DNA from: Chara braunii
Lineage: Eukaryota > Plantae > Charophyceae
NCBI GenBank assembly: GCA_003427395.1
Contig: BFEA01000011.1
Span: 314,915 to 378,914, forward strand
DNA: 64,000 nt
Direction of reading: 5' to 3'
Made by a program: the position numbers and the translations under genes
Part shown: one piece after another, positions 39,359 through 52,781 of the stretch
How positions within the stretch are numbered: the stretch's first letter is position 1
Layout of the letters: every line of letters starts with the position of its first letter
Notes under the pieces: generated by a model
The model's input: only the letters and a program-made list of their open reading frames with translations
Told to the model about the DNA's origin: nothing
The model's database searches: none

Positions 39359-40705
39359 TCATGCCTTATTCTTCCCCATATCCCCCTTGTGGTTCCGCTG
39401 GCGTCCATCGCGCCCTCCAGTGCCTCCCCTGCCGCTACCTCGGCCTCTATTGTTGCACCCTCCATTCCCGCGGCCTCTCCCAACTTCCCGCCTCTGACTT
39501 TCTGCACCGGCCATATCGCCTTATGACACCCGCTGTGTCGATGGCTGCAACAGTCTCATAGGCAGAGTTGGCCGAATCTGGACTGCGGGAGGCCTAGGCG
39601 GTATCATACTTATTTGTGGGCCCAAACAAATGCCTTGCATCCAGGGCAGATATGAATTATATATAGGCCTTGGTCCGACTTGACCGTATGGTGTCCACGG
39701 CCTGTATAGTGCCCGCTCAGTTAGTGGGGGCCCCGAATGTGCTGGTTTGCCTCTCAACTCTTGCGGGGTGGGCGCTTCCTGTCGCCTGCCCTGCCCCTTT
39801 CCGATACCTTGGCTCCCTTAGGCCCGATTCCTCGCCTTCCGCTGAGCCTTCATCAACTTGGGAGGCTCAGACTCTCCTCTTACCCCTATCACCCCCTTTC
39901 CTTTACACCCTCGAGAGGCATAACCAGTTTTTCCACAGCAATCACATACTATCTTCGCCTGGTGCTCTCGCCACCACCTGCTCTTTTGCTCTCTCCGCCC
40001 TGCAGCTGAGGATGCTTCCACGTTAATGAGCCCTCTCTTGGGATAAGGCGCAATGACAGGCAGGGCCGCACTAGCTCCCCGCTCCCTCTTTATCTCAATT
40101 AATCCCTCGCCTCCGCCTCTTTTCGGGGCGCTGGTTTGCCCCTTCGAGGTTCCCTTGTGGAGGAGTTACTTCTGATGATCTCCCCTTGCTTCTGCCTCAT
40201 CCTGCCCAGCCGGCCCACTCGATGCTCCTTCTGAGGCCTTCCTCTTGCCACGCCTGGCTTCGTCCAATCGCGTCAACCTCTCTTCTACCATCCCATCTTG
40301 CCTCTGTATACCACTCAACTCTCCTTGTGTTAACGTAACCCTAGCTAGTTGCTCAAGGCCTTCACCAAGCTGGTCTTCCGCTCCATCCTCTGGAAATCTC
40401 AACTTTAGAAAACTTTCCAGCTCGTCCCAGGTCTGCGACTTAAGCATAAGGGTATACACCTCCTCACTCAACTCTTCGCAGACAAACAGTGGCAACATGC
40501 TCCACATCGCCTTCTCGTCCCAACTCTTCATGAAACTGAAGTCATGATGGTCGCATAGGAAGAAGGCAGACAAATTTCTTCCCTGAAACAGCAGGGCGCG
40601 AAGTTCTGGGGGCGTCGAGTCGCTCACTGACTCGCACAGTAGCACTTTATTGAGGCACGTGCTCCTCCAGAGTAGGATTTTGGCAAAATCACTTTCTTCG
40701 GCCAT
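39359..40705 (-). pseudogene. gag: Gag-like ORF copy, about 448 codons
   Basis: First ~180 codons open (ORF track 40166..40729), then a frameshift and a few stops. Knuckle CDCCGKTGYASRGC. Confidence 0.75.
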
Positions 40706-40852
40706 GATGCTGGTACCAGCCTGACACACACGACAAGTAATCGATCATCAGGTTGTAACGCCAGAAACTCAAACCAAAGGCTAGTAGAGATGACTAATGC
40801 TCAACTCACACCACCCCTCTTTCCACCCACGCCATATGACCTTAATTATAGA

Positions 40853-41395
40853 CTATGTAGCACGATATACCTGGCTGGATAATCTGGTCGGATTATCTGG
40901 CCGGATTATCGGGGGCTAGGGTTATCCGAAAATCCGGATGATTAAAAAAATGGGCAAAAAAAAGCAAAAAAAAAAAAAAAAAAGTAATATTGCGCATGAA
41001 AAATCCAATAGAACTATGTTCCTTTTTCATAAAAAGCTTGATAAGTCATGGAAGGGTTGAAAGGGGGTAAGATAGGGAATGAAGGTGTTTAGAGGGTGGA
41101 TGCTTGATTCGTTTTATAATTTTTTATCCAAATATTATTTTCTTTTTCGGTTTTCTATTTTTATTTTTTTATCTGTTGAAATATCAACAATGGCCTCAAG
41201 CCAAAAGTTGTTTGTATCGTTGATGTAAACAACATAATTGTTTTCCAGAATTTTTTGAATTAGTTTTTGTTTGGGTAAAAAAAAATGTTTAGCGCAGGGC
41301 CGGATTTTTCCATATCCGGAATTAATCCGCAATTTTGATCCGGATTGAAAATTCTGGATAAAATGATCTGCCGGATATCCGGATTTTCTACATAG
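40853..41395. mobile_element. 543-bp MITE, 8-bp TSD ATTATAGA
   Basis: TIR CTATGTAG/CTACATAG. TSD at 40845-40852 and 41396-41403. Subterminal CCGGAT motifs. Empty sites near 21755 and 34100. Confidence 0.9.
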
Positions 41396-41791
41396 ATTAT
41401 AGACAATATACACCTCACATCAGCAGGGCCCTCAAAGTCAAGCTTAGGTGGACGGTCATCGTGGCCACAAGCGTTACTGATCCCCGTACTCATATCATAG
41501 GCGAGATCCCCCCTTCTACTCTAACCAACCTATCCCTTGGGTAGACACAAGGTTCGAGAGCAAGCCTACCTAGACTCACTTAGAGTCTCTTAGGATCCGG
41601 TACATACACCCCATGCACTAAAATACATATATACATGCCTCACGGCCCATTCGGCATACCGTCATGACCCCGCCGACTAAAACATAGGTGTTCAGTTCAC
41701 GCAATCGATTAGTCTACCAACCCTGCTCTCATACCCATCTATGTGCACAAGCCCATAAAGAACACACTCTGGCAGGATATAAAGCCACCCT

Positions 41792-42466
41792 CTATCGACC
41801 AGCCACCACACAGACCTCGTCCCAGTCTACAACCTCCCCATCAGGATCATGGGAGCTCGCATAGGTGTCGACCACATTGGCTACGTCCCTGAGTTCTTGG
41901 CTATAGGGCAAAAATCTCTGGTCCAAGTACAAACCATATATCAGCTCGCACGTGTATCGTGCGTACCCCCATTCTCGTGCCCTCATGACGGCTTCTGCTA
42001 CAACCTCTACCCTTTCCTGTCCCCCGAAACATTCCTCTACCAAAAATTCAGGCAGACCGATTCGTAATGGGGCAAAAGGAAACTCAAACTCATCGGCATA
42101 TTTGACTTCTACATGGGTCACCACTCACTCTTCCCCTTCATGGACCCTGTCGCTTGCCCATTTTTTCGTAGCCTCCTCAGCTACCCGTAGTGGCCTCGCA
42201 AGCATGTTCCCGTGTCCAAGTGGTAACTCAACCCCATGCTTGACCCAAAACGAGGAAGATGCGTAGAGGGTCACCCTTAGGATCGCACAATCTTCAGCAT
42301 CATCAAAACCAGACTCGATCCAGATGAAGATACCCCTGCCTATCAGTGTGACGCACCAGGAAGAGATATATTCTCCTTCCTTGACTCTCCTCGGCAAGGA
42401 TTCCTCGAGTCCTTTTTCCCTTTTAACACGCAAGGCCACACTAGGATCTTCCCTAGCATAAGGCAT
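41792..42466 (-). pseudogene. ORF-X, best copy: 224 codons with one internal stop
   Basis: ORF-track entries 42125..42466 and 41792..42124 are in frame. The separating TGA is CGA in the other two copies. Confidence 0.75.
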
Positions 42467-44392
42467 CCTGAGTTGCCTTTGCTCTGGTCTGGGTGCTGCC
42501 CATCACAAAAAAAAAAACGCCCAGCATACACCTTCCGTTACCATGCTGACGATCACAATATACAAGCCCTACCCTTGAAGCCTCGGCTTCATATCATCTT
42601 TCCCTAAATTGTCTCCTATCCAGTGTTTACAACCACCCAACTTAGATGACAATAGTAATGGTAATATATCTCGATAATATAGTATTTGTAAATATTAAAA
42701 ATTCATAAATACGATACTTATGGAAAACGATACATTACCATAATAACTGACCACAGAGATATCCATAGTAATCAGATACATCATACACAAGCTAGTCAAC
42801 TACTCAAAGCATATACAAATACCTCATAACGACAGACCTATATCAACAGGCATAACACATGATAGGCACATTATGATCAAAGATATAACTGCTAGCGGTT
42901 AGTACTCTCAGACATAATATTGGCGAGAGCACTACACTTTACTCCCCAGGCTTTGACAAAAGTGTACTGTGGCGAGGGGCAACGTCTTAAATCCCAGAGT
43001 CCCACTTAAGGATCAAGCCTCACTACTTCTCCTTTCGATTCTAGCGTCCGTCCCTTGCATCCCCTTGCCAATAAAACAAACAACCTCACCATACACGCTC
43101 CGGGTGGTGTCACCCCGTCCTGTGTTGGTGACTCCACTTGACACAACAATAGTTGGGGATTCACCCCTGAATCCGCATCACACGTGGATTCTGCGCAGCG
43201 CCTCTACCCTTCTTTGAGGAACAGTCCAAACACCCACATTTAACAAACAGCCATAAGCCGATAATTGGACTTGAGACACTCATATAAATCCTTACATACA
43301 AAACAGTTCAAATACATACTTCAAATACATGGCCTATGTGAATATTTCTGACAAGGATAATTATCGAAGGAATACAATCATCCAACACATAGTCTCACAC
43401 AAATAGACGCCAGGCAAGCTTACTCAGGTAAAATCTTGCATATACGGATGAGTTCAATATAGAACTCAAGAGAAATGCCCTTAGACAAGAATAGTCTCAA
43501 GTCGTTAGCCCCAACCCCATAGATTCAAGCGGATGGCCCAAACCTGAAAAGGTTCAAGCAAAAAATTGAACACCAATTACAATTCATTGCCCCATCAAAA
43601 GTAAGCAAAATAATCTAGGTGATAGCTTCTTTACTGCTACTCCGCCTGCCTCTAGGATCAGATAACCTCCTTTATAGGGACAGGCGTCATGCAAATCCGC
43701 TACTTCCCGTAGCACTTTCTATTGAGGCCTTAACACGGTGTTCACTGCATCTCTTTACTGCCTTATACACCTAATTCAAACATACCACGCGGGACAAACC
43801 TCAGACTTCCATAGCTATACAACTCGAGCAACTGCTTAGAACCCAGACTTAAGGATCTCAATCCATACTATGCAGGCTTTCAACATCCTTAGCCTAACTC
43901 TCCTCGAAGTTCCTTGATGACTTCTAACATAATAGGGTTCCTTTACTCTTTCTATGCCTTGCCCTAAAGCCTAAGTACCCTATTGCACTCTTGACCGCTC
44001 GGGTAACTCCCCTTAGCCATAATGGGTACCTTATGAGGCTAACACCCTTAACCAACATGCCCAGTTACATTGGCATCATCTCATTTCACCTCAATCATAT
44101 CAACTAGGCAAAGCATCGTCCGAGCTAGTCAACTATCAGGGTAAAAAACGATACTCAACTCCAACTGCCATCATGCTAGTCAGGGTACGTAAGTGCATAG
44201 TCAAAACTTATCCCTCTCACGCCATCCTCACTGCGCCAACCAGAATCCACTCACACAATCAACCCTCACTCGCTTTCTATCCAACACCTTCAATCAATTA
44301 ACCATAAAGCGCAAAAACTTCTCGCCTTGCCCACTTCTCACATTTCCATACCCGGATGTCATTCCACCAAGGACAACGGCATACAACCGTTA

Positions 44393-44410
44393 TCCCCAGC
44401 AACGACGTCA
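44393..44410 (-). promoter_or_regulatory. Primer binding site (tRNA-Asp), decayed
   Basis: TGACGTCGTTGCTGGGGA at the homologous position. Confidence 0.75.
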
Positions 44411-44412
44411 CC

Positions 44413-47400
44413 TTTCGAGCGCATCGGTCCGACACCGCACAAGGCAGCGCGGGACCCTCCCGGCCCCGTCACGCAGGAGTTAGTCTATTCCTTCGTCGCA
44501 AATATACATGGAGCTTCCGCAAGCCACTCCGGCCGAGTGTGCCAGCCATACCTCCCGCGAGCCCCTACGACAGGATAGGGTCTACATGAGGCACGACTTA
44601 CGTCCACCTTACGGAAGCTGTCACCGCCCTCCGGTGAGCGTATCCCCGCCGAGCTACCAGTCCACTGTACGAAAGTTGATCAGTTGCAATCGCAGAGGTG
44701 GACCAGCCGCGGGCGTTTCTCGTTCGATGTAGCATTGTGGGTACGAGCGGTAGTACTCCTCTATCGATCCCGCACACGAACCGGCATCTTGGGGGGCTGA
44801 AGTCCCAACCGCGGTCGACTAGGACGTATCCCACTCACCACGAGCACACCACACTACGAACACTACGAACAAAAAAAAATAAAACACACACACACACACA
44901 TCAAACAACGCGGCAACAGTTCTAGTCCCTTTACTAGTCATCCCATAACTTTCCGATGCAGAAATCGAATTGGCGTCCCGTGCGAGACTTAGTAAAGAAC
45001 CGAGCGGACGCAGGGCTAACTCATATCGACTCGCAATGCAAGCGGTCGAAATGATGTTGTACTATGTAGTACCCATACTCATGCGGTCCTCGTTAACCTC
45101 GAGGATCGCACTCGACACTCAAGTGCCGGCTGACACGCGCCTTGAGGGTTAATCTCTCGACGCTTGACAACCGCCAAGTGCGGTTGAGAACCACACCCTC
45201 TTCTGCACCCTGTGAAAAATGGGTAGTACACAAGTTCATATCCGTGGTGGCAATTGTCTCTTATTACCCTGGAGACCAGCTCCGTCATCTGGGGTCTGGA
45301 GAGAAGTCAAAGGGTTTGACTTTGACAGCTGCCGCGGACTACAACGTCCAACTATGAAAACTCTAAAAAGCAAAGGAAAAGAGGGAATCTCCTTTCATCC
45401 TCAACACATAATCTGTTTAACCCTTACGCACGGTCATAGTACGCCGCACGAAACACTGAAGACATATATATACACATACATACATATATATAGAGGGTTA
45501 TTAATATAGGACGATCACTTCTTACAGTCACAGTGGGGCTCCTCTTAGCCGTGTATATGTATGTGATCGCAGACAAATCAAATCCAGAGTCCGAACCACA
45601 AACATACCTGCAATCACATCAAAGATCCAACAAAAGTCAACGCACTACACGGGGTCAACTTCAACCATTCTCTATGCTCATACCTCTTGCTTTAGCCATA
45701 TAAACCTCACTCTTGTGCAACTCCTCGAAGTAAATACTCAGTACTTTTGTTACATGACCATTCAATAAAGTCCGGGTGAAAACACAATGAAACAGTTTAA
45801 ACCAAAGGACTAAAGCCTTTCACGTTGAGTTGCAAGAGTGGATTGAAGTTGAATCGTGAACCGACGAATCGGCAAGCGACCTATTATCAGTAATAACAGA
45901 CAAATATCCTTATAGGATCAAGTTGAAACTAGCTCAAATCCTGAATCAATCGATAAAGAAGACCTCTAACTGAAGATAGATCAATCCCAAGCTAAGTTTA
46001 TAAGTCTATGGAGAATTAACCTTCATATCATGATCTCACTCAAATCATCCTGATTAACTAAGCCTAAGCCTACCTCCAAACAAGTGCCCAAAGCAAAGGT
46101 AGACTAATGGCAGAATCTCCCCTATTCAGGGTGAATCGCCAGAACCGCCACCTATCAAAATATAATCTATCTCCTTTAAACTAAGAGAATTTCAGTAGCA
46201 CTTCCCGTAGGAGAAGTGTCTTTTCAGAATTTATATCAACATGAATATGAACGCAGAAATAGTTTTTGACTTTTCAAAGTCCAATTTTTGTAACTCCATG
46301 AATTAACAAAAATTTGGGCAGCACTCCCTTTGGAAAAGAGACTTTCCAAATTTTCACTAAGCCATGTATGAACTTTAGACAAGTTGAACTTTGCAAAGTC
46401 AAAATTTGACCAACTCCTTGCATTTGCAGAAATTTCGGCAGCGCTTCCCGTAGAGAAAGTAGCTTACCAAAATTTATACAAAGCCAAGTATCATAAAAGA
46501 TCCCAGAAAATGCGAGAATTGATCTAAGTGAAATAAAATTAGCTCAGAAAATGCAGGAATTGAACTAACTTATAAAACTCTAGCACGTGGCGAGCAACTA
46601 AAGCAACTACCTGTCAAACTGAAACTCGGACTAAGTAGTGGCCCCACCCAGTCACATGCAGGCCAAACCACAAGGGTAAGTACTCTCACCATCACAAATC
46701 AACTTGTAAAACAATAGTTTATAGTCTTTCAATGATTCAACCCTTTATCCCCAGCTTACATAAGGCATAAGGTAAGAACATCCAAACTTATGGAATGAAG
46801 CTTACCTTAGCCAGACCTAAAGTCAAGCCACTCAAACTTATAGAATGAGCCCAACTTAGCCAATGTATACACAAACACATGGCACAACAACTTTTCTCTT
46901 CTTTGGGCGTACGACTAGACCATTCTAGTCACCCTAAACTGTTTAAGTAGTCAGATTATATATACCTCTCTGAACTTAATCTTCAAAGCGGGCGTAGGAC
47001 TGAGCCATTCATCTTAGAAACAATGCTCAGTCGGCCCAAGTTACCTTCAGTTATACTCTTAATTGTACTCTCTTCAGGTTGTGATAAGCTATAGTCAGAC
47101 CACCTAAAGTTATAGAACAATCTGATTAGCTTGTTAATAGGTAGAATAATAATAAAATACAGCCAAATTATAACCTTGGGTTCCAACAAGTACGGGCCTT
47201 GAGTCAGACCACCTAAACTTACAGAACAGTCCGACTTTTTGCCTGATTCGTTTCTCTGTGATCTAGCTATGCGTGGCATTGGGCTAGACCACCTGAACTT
47301 ACCGAACGGTTTGCCCTTTGTCAAGTTCATTTTCTCAAAATAAAGCAGGAAGAGGCTAAGCCACCTAAACTTATGGAACGACTCAGACCTCCTTGTTCAA

Positions 47401-50400
47401 AACCAAATAAATAGAGAAAAATCCAAGATAAACAAGGCAACCAAGGCACCTAAACTTACATAATGCACTTGGCCCCTTAAAAAGTCAATCACAAACAACC
47501 CTCGCAAGTCAGAGCAACTAGACCACCTACACTTATAGAATAGTATGGTCCTCAAGGCCATCCCATAGCACCGGGTCTCCCCAAACTTGTGGGGACTTCC
47601 CAGCCTCCAGAGCAATCAGACCACCTAAACTTATAAAATGGTCTGACGCTCCACACAATCCAAAATAAAACATAGCACTGAGTCTCCCCAAACTTTTGGG
47701 GACTTCCTTGCCTTAATGACCCAGTCAAATTTTTAAAAATACTGCATTCCTCCCAACCTTCCCCTCCAGATACAATTTTTTTTTGTTCACAATCTGCGTT
47801 CAGGCAATCAACAAAATTGCAGATGAGATTACACAACCATTCTTTTATTCAGTCTGATTCATATTATGAAGGTCAAACCAAAAAGTAAAAGTAGGGATGC
47901 ATGTCATATATTCAGTCAAAACATGCAATGGGTAGTATAGATATGGGTTATAACTGGGGTTTATAGAGGGAAATGGAAGGTTACCTTTCAATTCCCTGTC
48001 TCCAGAACTCCTCCTTAGTTCCGGCAGAGCTCCCGCAATCAGTGGGGTAACCTCCCACGTAGGCCTTGCTGCGGTCCTATGGGTTGCAATCCCGCCTGCT
48101 GCCTTCCTCTCATAACCAAAGACTAGACTAAGAGTCAGAAAGGCAGAGGAAGAAAGTTTGAGTCTCTCAGATCCAAGGAAGGTGCTCTCAGACTCGCAGG
48201 AGAGGGCCTTGAAACCTTCAGTCGCCTGAGGGCCCCTCAATGATGGCGAATGTGCGTAGCAACTTGGTCAACCCGCAATCAAGTTGTTTTGAATACAGAC
48301 TGTCATGACGTACTCCCGAACTGTAGCGGTATCCCCTCTCGCCACCACTCCTTTAAGCTATGACAACAACTTTTCCCTTCGGTCCAACCACTTTCCTCAC
48401 ACCTTACTAGAACAGCAGCTAGACACACATTAAAGATCCAAAAAAAACCCAGTTCGCGCAGCAAAATGGTATGACAAGGCAAATTGCACGCCAACCGCTC
48501 CCGCAAAAAAAACAGGCAAGGCAAGACGCAGGGTGAAAACCAACTGAGCACCACCAAATACTGTAGCACCCATTCGCACAGCCGGCGCAGCAAGGAATTC
48601 CTCCTACGCAATCCGAACGCTCCCTCGACTTCATAGTTCTTCTTGGCCGCCGTGTAACCGGCGGGGCAATATCCAAGCACCGCCGGTAGGTACACTGCCC
48701 ATTGGCTCCCCGCTACCCCCTTTTGATAGCTGAACAATACGTTGGCCGACCCGCCTGGTTCGCCTCCCCTGCGGATGACCTTTCAGTTGCCTTACACGGT
48801 GGATCGGTTAGTACCTCAGTTGGTGGCAGATCTTCTAGCAAGTAACAATCTGCAACAGCATCGCAGCTCCCGGACCAGTCTTGGCACTCCGTTCCTTCTG
48901 CTCTATGCACTTCCTTTCCTAACTGCTTCACATACCCAGACCGTTGCGCTGGTCAGCGCACTAACTGAAACGAGTACGTTTCTAACACTTCGGCTCGTTG
49001 TCCCGCTACTCCGCTCACTAAAGCCTGCCAATCCTTCCACCAGCATGCAACCCGCCGATTCTTCCTAAGGGGGCGAAGTACCGGTCAACAGGTAAGTGTC
49101 CAACACCACTGTCTGCCCGCTGCAAGTCCCCGAAGGGACGATGACCGAAATCGAATGAACCTTTCACCAAAACACAGTCGGGTGCACAAGTTGTCGTACT
49201 CTTGCAAAGGATGGAGAAAGCGAGCTCCCCGTTAACAGTAGGATCAATGCACCCAGTAACGGGTAAGTCTCCAACTTTACTGCCTGCCTGCAGCATCCCC
49301 ATGGAAATGACTGGGAAAATCAAATGAATCTTCTGCTAAAACGCGAGAGTATTCATTGTATATTTGTGAAGCAGTTTTCCCCCTAGACGCAACCTACTTC
49401 CTTACTAATTATCTTCTTTCTAACCTATTGCCAAAACTAACACTACCATCAAAATCGCCTCGGCCACAAACCTCTATAGTAACCTTTAGCCCACTCGATT
49501 CCATCAAGAATCGAGTGGTACCTCGATTTCTACCCTCACTTTGTCCCTCCTTCTGCCATAGCTCCATGCAGCCCCTCTGTCTCGCACCACCTACCCTACT
49601 AATTCCCTGCTCAAACTAACATCATATTAAGACTCCCTAGGTCTAAGAAACAATGTGTAGCATCTCCCCTCGCCCGATTCTGATAAGAATCGAGCGAGCT
49701 ATAGTGCCTTGGGTGCACCCAAGCTCGTTACCTGCCACATTTACTATCGAATGAACCGGGCACAATACCTGGCCCTGGTTCATTCACCCTGCACTGCGTC
49801 CATGCTTCGCTTCGCCTGCCCACTCCTTCAATCTTCCCGTACCTCTGCTCCTGCCGCCCTAGTTTTCTCCACCTCCATCCCCACTGCGCTTGGCTCGTCA
49901 CCCCGCCATCTCTCATTTTCATTGCACACACACCCGGCGCGACACCTAGTCCCGGTTCATCCCCGCCTCGACTTTCCCTCTTTGTTCCTTCGCCCTCTGG
50001 CATTCCGCTCTCTGCTGCTTAGCGCAGCCCGGTCGAACCTGCCGTGTCTCGCTTGTCCGCACGGTCCTAGCGCCTGGCCACACTACGGCATGTCTCCCTT
50101 GCCACCTCGCGCTCCTCTCTACTGTTGTCCGTCACCCGATGAGCTATCAGCTCGTCATTCCTGTTTCTCGTCTCCCCTGTAGCTCCGCTCTCCCCTTCCT
50201 GTGAATGTACCCGGGCGAAGATCCGGGCCAGGTCCACCCGATCCGCCTCTGCTTCCGCTATCTGTCGCTCCTCCTCACAGCAGCGTTCTGCTGCACCTTA
50301 CTCCGCCCGCAGCTGCTAGCGCAGTCCGACTGGGCCCGCCGCCTACTGCACAGCTTCAGTGGCCCTAGCTTGACTTCAGCCTACAGTCCGACGGCAGTCC

Positions 50401-51501
50401 GTGGGCAAATTTAGTGCCCGCTGCCTAGAGGTATGCCGCTGGTTCCTACGGAGTAGCGTTTGAGCGGAGGTTGCTGATGCTCATAGGGGGGTGGGAACCG
50501 GAAGGGAGGTACAGTGACTGACCCATCGGAGGGGCCCGACCCTGATGCTACCGGCTGACCCCTGGCCTGTATTGCCCCCCCTGGCGTAGCAGGCATAGCA
50601 CCCGCTGGTGGGTGTAGCTCCCACATGTTCCCCCATCGGGGATTTGAGCACATAAGTGGCTGCTACTCGATTCCCCGTACTACGAAAAAGGGGGTAACTC
50701 CGACGCAGTCACGAAGACAACCTATAATCGTACCTCAGGCAGTTCTCCGAACACAACACACCCCCATGTGACCCCGCCAGACCCGGAACGTTGGTCGTAC
50801 ATAGTCAACATTACCGGCCCCTACACCTGGCGTCACATCTTAATTCAAAAGACATCGGGACATAATAATAAATAACAATGACGATAAGTAATAAAATATT
50901 TAGAACCTCTAAACCGCCTGCATCGTTCCGACGCCGCCATGACAAACCCAAGGGGGATAGCCCCGCCGAACCCTCGACCCCCTCGGTCCCTTCGCGCGAC
51001 TCCGATATCCCCACGTCGTCGTCGCTCGATCTCGATCCCTTAACCTCTTTGATGAAAGCCCAACGCCGTAACTAATAGTGCTAGGCCCGAGTCTGGGTCT
51101 AGCTCTAGCGGACGCCTAAATAATCGGACACTTCACGATGTGTCGTGCTACCGAAACGCCTTAAGAAGTCACATTGTTGTCGATGTCGTCCTCCACATGT
51201 ACGTACAAGTCACAAGTAACCACACTAATCAACGAGACGTAATCTTTTTAATGCCTAATTAATCCGAAGGAAAAATTATGGTCGGTGATCACGCCGACTC
51301 TTCAATCATCAACAATTAACAAAGATTACGTGCGCCTCAAGTCTGCGCGCCCACACACTTCTTATTAAAGTCAACCATCAGCCGCATAAACAACGGAGAC
51401 TGTCGCGACTCGCACGATATATTCAAACTCTAAACTAAACTTATTTTCTGTCGATTGCAAAAACCAGGGCGGATACCCTTGTAAGGGTATTCGCATCGAC
51501 A
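44413..51501 (-). repeat. LTR a (5'-most LTR), 7089 bp
   Basis: Starts TGTCGATGCG at 51501 next to GCGC. Followed by the PBS. Confidence 0.9.
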
Positions 51502-51940
51502 GCGCCCCTTCAGGCGACCAGAAAGCCAACAGGTTATCACGCAGGGTTTTGTATTGAGGTGCAATATATAAAATAAATTAAATAAAGCAAATCCCTTCCT
51601 GCTGTGTGCGTCCGGCTTCGAGCGAAACCCTTCAATTGCGGTCTTCGCCGGTCCCCAGTCTTATTAATCTTTTATTATGATTTGGAACAACAGAGAATCA
51701 TGTAGATAATAATCATACAGTTTCAACATATCATGCATGCATCAACTTTGCTAACTTACTTACTTTGAGAACTGTGACAGAATCATCAGAGAAAAGCAAT
51801 CATCAACAAGTATAATGCAAGAAGCAAGATTGACTGACTCGAGCAAAGACAAAGTTGAGCGAGGGAAGAATGATAACTCATAATAGTATCAGAACATACA
51901 CATGTAGAGAGCATGGCCGACACCGATCAAGAGTACTCAC

Positions 51941-52557
51941 TCATCCCTCTGAATCCTCTCACTCCGTTTTTCATTTTGTTGTCCGTGTGTTGTACTTTCG
52001 GCTATGTCTCTGTACTCTCTGAGGTTGTGGCCTTGGGATATAGAGCCACCTGAAGACTGTTAGTTCTGAGCATTTTCATCCAAGTCCCATGATACGGAAA
52101 TCAACCGTGGCACAAAACTCCTCCCATAGTGTAGGAAGATACGACAGAGAAAATATCCCTTGTCTGAGATAAGGGAACTCGGAAGGCTTAGTCACTGACT
52201 CGTAGTTGATTGCTGCAGGTGAAATATACCTCTTTGCTAGATCCACCAGGTCACCCCAATAAGAACCGTCTGTCAGAGTAAAAGGTACCGGAGGTCTGGG
52301 ATAGTCTGAGTAGAGCTTTGGTCCGAAGTTGCGGATCAGCTTAGTACCATTCTCATCAAGCTCCTTCTCCCTCTCCTCAAGATACCTTGTTGATGTGAGT
52401 CAAATTGAATCGAAGTGCTCATGAGCCTCCTTCCCCTTTCTCACATAGAGTCTTAGGTCGTGAATGGTACCACCTGCAAACTTAGTAAGGATAGCATAAA
52501 CTTACAGGTCACCTTGCCTGAAGTCAATGGCGCTGACATATTGGTATTGGAAGGCAT
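51941..52557 (-). pseudogene. Decayed spliced gene of about 190 aa, unknown function
   Basis: MPSNTNMSAPLTSGKVT/CGTIHDLRLYVRKG...YWGDLVDLAKRY...LWEEFCATVDF, in frame across a 32-nt GT-AG intron (52474-52505). All internal stops are TGA, compatible with CGA decay. Confidence 0.55.
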
Positions 52558-52693
52558 CCTTAGAAGAAATCCTGTTGAGACTAGTAAGGATAGTTTCCGG
52601 AACTTAGAATGATTGTATCATACTCATGTGCTGAAGTGGGTGTCGAAACAGATGAGTCTATTGATAGAAACTCAAAAGGATTAGTGTTGATTG

Positions 52694-52781
52694 AATGCTG
52701 ATTAAATGCTGATTAAATGCTGATTAAATGCTGATTAAATGCTGATTAAATGCTGATTAAATGCTGGTTGAATGCTGACTG
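52694..52781. repeat. 11-bp minisatellite (AATGCTGATTA)n
   Basis: Six perfect and two degenerate copies. Confidence 0.9.

Larger units (their letters stand above)
36551..44412 (-). mobile_element. Internal region 1 (most complete, ~7.3 kb without the MITE)
   Basis: Runs from the PBS of LTR a to the start of LTR b. Confidence 0.85.
2386..51501 (-). mobile_element. Shared-LTR tandem array (4 LTRs, 3 internal regions) of a non-autonomous Ty3/gypsy-like retrotransposon (family 1), with an internal inversion
   Basis: Termini TGTCG...CGACA. GCGC at 2382-2385 and 51502-51505. A PBS follows three of the LTRs. Internal regions are mutually collinear. Confidence 0.85.
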
